From assembly GCA_030059675.1 (NCBI GenBank), contig JANVYQ010000005.1:32001-96000 (forward strand): a stretch of 64,000 bases of DNA. The letters are read 5' to 3'. The position numbers were made by a program, and so were the translations under genes. This document shows, piece after piece, positions 62,123 through 64,000 of the stretch. This DNA comes from Candidatus Pelearchaeum maunauluense (GTDB lineage: Archaea; Thermoproteota; Nitrososphaeria_A; Caldarchaeales; Caldarchaeaceae). The first letter of the stretch is position 1, and every line of letters starts with the position of its first letter. The notes under the pieces are model-generated. The model was not told the DNA's origin and searched no databases. It worked only from the letters and a program-made list of their open reading frames with translations.

Positions 62123-62178
62123 GCCCACCTCTTAAGAATCCCTAAATACGCCTCTAGGTCTTCCTTTCTTCAGCGCAT

Positions 62179-63477
62179 ATGCCTACGCGTGTTTACGCAG
62201 AGCTCTATGGATGCGCCGCGAGCATGGCAGATGGCGAGATAGCCCTAGGCCTCCTCCGCGAGAGAGGCGCTGAGATAGTAGATTCGCCAGACAAAGCTGA
62301 CATCAACATGATTGTTACCTGCGCCATCAAGGGTCCTACTTCCGATAGGATGATTTCGCGTATTAGGAAGCTCAGGGGCTATGGTAAGCCGCTTATTGTG
62401 GCTGGCTGCATGGCCAGCGGCGAGCCTGGGAAGGTTGTTAGGAGCGCTCCAGACGCTTATCTAATCCCGCCAAAAGAGATTACACGAATAACAAGCGTCT
62501 TTGAGTCCATTATAGGCACATCGCCGCATGATGGGCATAATGGGAATGGTGTAAAGCTTGGCCTTCCACGTGTGCGTAGAAATCCAGTTGTGGCTATAGT
62601 TCCCGTGTCTGAGGGATGTAGGTGGAGTAAGTGCAGCTTCTGTATAGTTCCGCGAACGCGGCCTGGATACGGAAGCTACCCTATACGTATGATACTTGAA
62701 GAGGCGAGGAAGAGTCTAGAGGAGGGCTGCCGCGAGGTCTGGCTAACAAGCCAGGACATGGGCTCTTATGGCCTGGAATCTGGCCGTAATCTTCTCCCAG
62801 AGCTTTTGGAGGCTATCAACATGCTTGAGGGCTCTTTCTATGTCCGCGTCGGGATGATGAACCCAATATACCTGAGACCGATACTTGATAAGCTCATAAG
62901 CTCATTCAAGGGGGAGCATATCTTCAAGTTCTTGCATCTTCCCGTTCAGTCTGGCTCGGATAAGGTTTTGAAGAGCATGAATCGCGGACACAGCTCTAGG
63001 CTCTACCTAGAGATTGTGGAGAGATTCAGACGTTCCATACCTGAGCTTACGTTGATGACTGACATTATAGTTGGTTATCCTACTGAGGATGAGCTTGATT
63101 TTGAGGAGACTCTGGAGGTTGTGTGGAAGTCTGAGCCTGACTCGGTTAATGTGTCTCGTTTCTTCCCCCGGCCTGGGACTCCAGCGTGGCGGAGCAGGCC
63201 ACTTCCACCTGATGTAGTTGCGCGTAGGACACGGGTGCTTAACGAGGTTTGTGGTGAGGTTTCTCTGCGGCGTAATGAGCGGTGGGTTGGCTGGACTGGT
63301 GAGGCGCTGGTGGACGAGGCGGGGATGAAGCGAGGCACTTGGATAAGCAGGAACTACGCATACAAGCCAATCGTGCTGCATTCGGATGAGAACATGCTAG
63401 GCAGGCTGGTTGAGGTTGAGATAACCGAGGCCAAGCCCCACTTTCTCTATGGTAAGATTGTCAGTAGAGTGGGTTAG
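62179..63477 (+). CDS. tRNA t6A37 methylthiotransferase (archaeal MtaB/CDKAL1-like radical SAM enzyme)
   Basis: YGC, TC, AGC MTTase domain; GCRWSKCSFC; RVGMMNP; HLPVQSGSD; TDIIVGYP.E; TRAM domain. Confidence 0.9.
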   Translation: MPTRVYAELYGCAASMADGEIALGLLRERGAEIVDSPDKADINMIVTCAIKGPTSDRMISRIRKLRGYGKPLIVAGCMASGEPGKVVRSAPDAYLIPPKEITRITSVFESIIGTSPHDGHNGNGVKLGLPRVRRNPVVAIVPVSEGCRWSKCSFCIVPRTRPGYGSYPIRMILEEARKSLEEGCREVWLTSQDMGSYGLESGRNLLPELLEAINMLEGSFYVRVGMMNPIYLRPILDKLISSFKGEHIFKFLHLPVQSGSDKVLKSMNRGHSSRLYLEIVERFRRSIPELTLMTDIIVGYPTEDELDFEETLEVVWKSEPDSVNVSRFFPRPGTPAWRSRPLPPDVVARRTRVLNEVCGEVSLRRNERWVGWTGEALVDEAGMKRGTWISRNYAYKPIVLHSDENMLGRLVEVEITEAKPHFLYGKIVSRVG

Positions 63478-63479
63478 GT

Positions 63480-64000
63480 GTGGAGCACGTATTCATAGCG
63501 CATTATGGCGAGATAGCGCTTAAGGGTAGGAATAGGCCAGCCTTTGAGCGTAGGCTGGCGGAGAACACGCAACGCATACTAGGTGGGGGTTTTCGGGTTG
63601 CTAAGGAGGAGAGCCGTATAGTCATAACTCCTCTAGGAGAGTATGCTGTTGATGATGTGCTTAACCGTCTTAAGCATGTATTAGGAATCTCGGTCTTTGG
63701 ATATGCCGTAAGATGCGAGCCCATCCCAGAAACGATAGTTGAGACGGTCCTTGAAGCTATCCGCGACGCGCCTAAGCCTGAAACGTTCGCGGTGGAGGCT
63801 AAACGGTCCTACAAACAGCATTCATTCACCTCGCTTGATGTGAGGCGGTGGGTTGCTGATGCTGTGAAGAATAATTATGGCTGGAGACTTGATTATGACA
63901 ATCCGAGCCTAACTATATTCGTTGAGGTAGGGCGGAGAAGCGCGTACATCTATCTACGGCGCTTTAAGGGGTATGGCGGCCTCCCCGTAGGTGTAAGTGG
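63480..64000 (+). CDS. thiI: tRNA 4-thiouridine synthase ThiI, N-terminal part (truncated by window edge)
   Basis: GTG 63480: MEHVFIAHYGEIALKGRNR..FE..L..N; THUMP TFAV.AKR; GGLPVG at the window end. Confidence 0.9.
   Translation, partial: MEHVFIAHYGEIALKGRNRPAFERRLAENTQRILGGGFRVAKEESRIVITPLGEYAVDDVLNRLKHVLGISVFGYAVRCEPIPETIVETVLEAIRDAPKPETFAVEAKRSYKQHSFTSLDVRRWVADAVKNNYGWRLDYDNPSLTIFVEVGRRSAYIYLRRFKGYGGLPVGVS

Overview
Archaeal chromosomal window (TATA-box promoters with near-leaderless starts, BHB-intron tRNA, archaeal-type PGK, PGI/PMI, KaiC-like ATPase, MtaB, TrpB2); gene content and style suggest a thermophilic TACK archaeon such as Aigarchaeota (inference). 1-8.1 kb: Mo-hydroxylase/acyl-CoA catabolic cluster plus trpB2. 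8-25 kb: a fragmented branched-chain amino acid biosynthesis region (leuC, leuD, ilvC, ilvN, ilvB, leuA) interrupted by decaying inserts (frameshifted protoglobin and SRPBCC genes, an aconitase remnant, a hemerythrin/HTH pair, and an AT-rich island with a decayed TtrBCA-like respiratory molybdoenzyme). 25-36 kb: carboxyltransferase/birA, PNP, a hydantoinase A/B pair split by a KaiC-HTH module, an MCM B12-binding subunit and intron-containing tRNA-Asn. 36-43 kb: corrinoid cluster (cbiA, AsnB-like amidoligase, ABC transporter, second binding protein). 43-64 kb: mostly housekeeping (pyrG, tRNA-Ala, pgk, class I gap, liv ABC, lutB-like, pduO, gdhA, mtaB, thiI). Best novelty candidates: a Leu-Leu-Leu leader peptide with alternative RNA pairings upstream of leuA (possible archaeal attenuator), the CbiA plus glutaminase-less AsnB-like pair with a 27-bp palindromic operator on the divergent transporter, and an unannotated 48-aa C2H2 zinc-finger gene. 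No CRISPR array, rRNA, integrase or transposase was seen.
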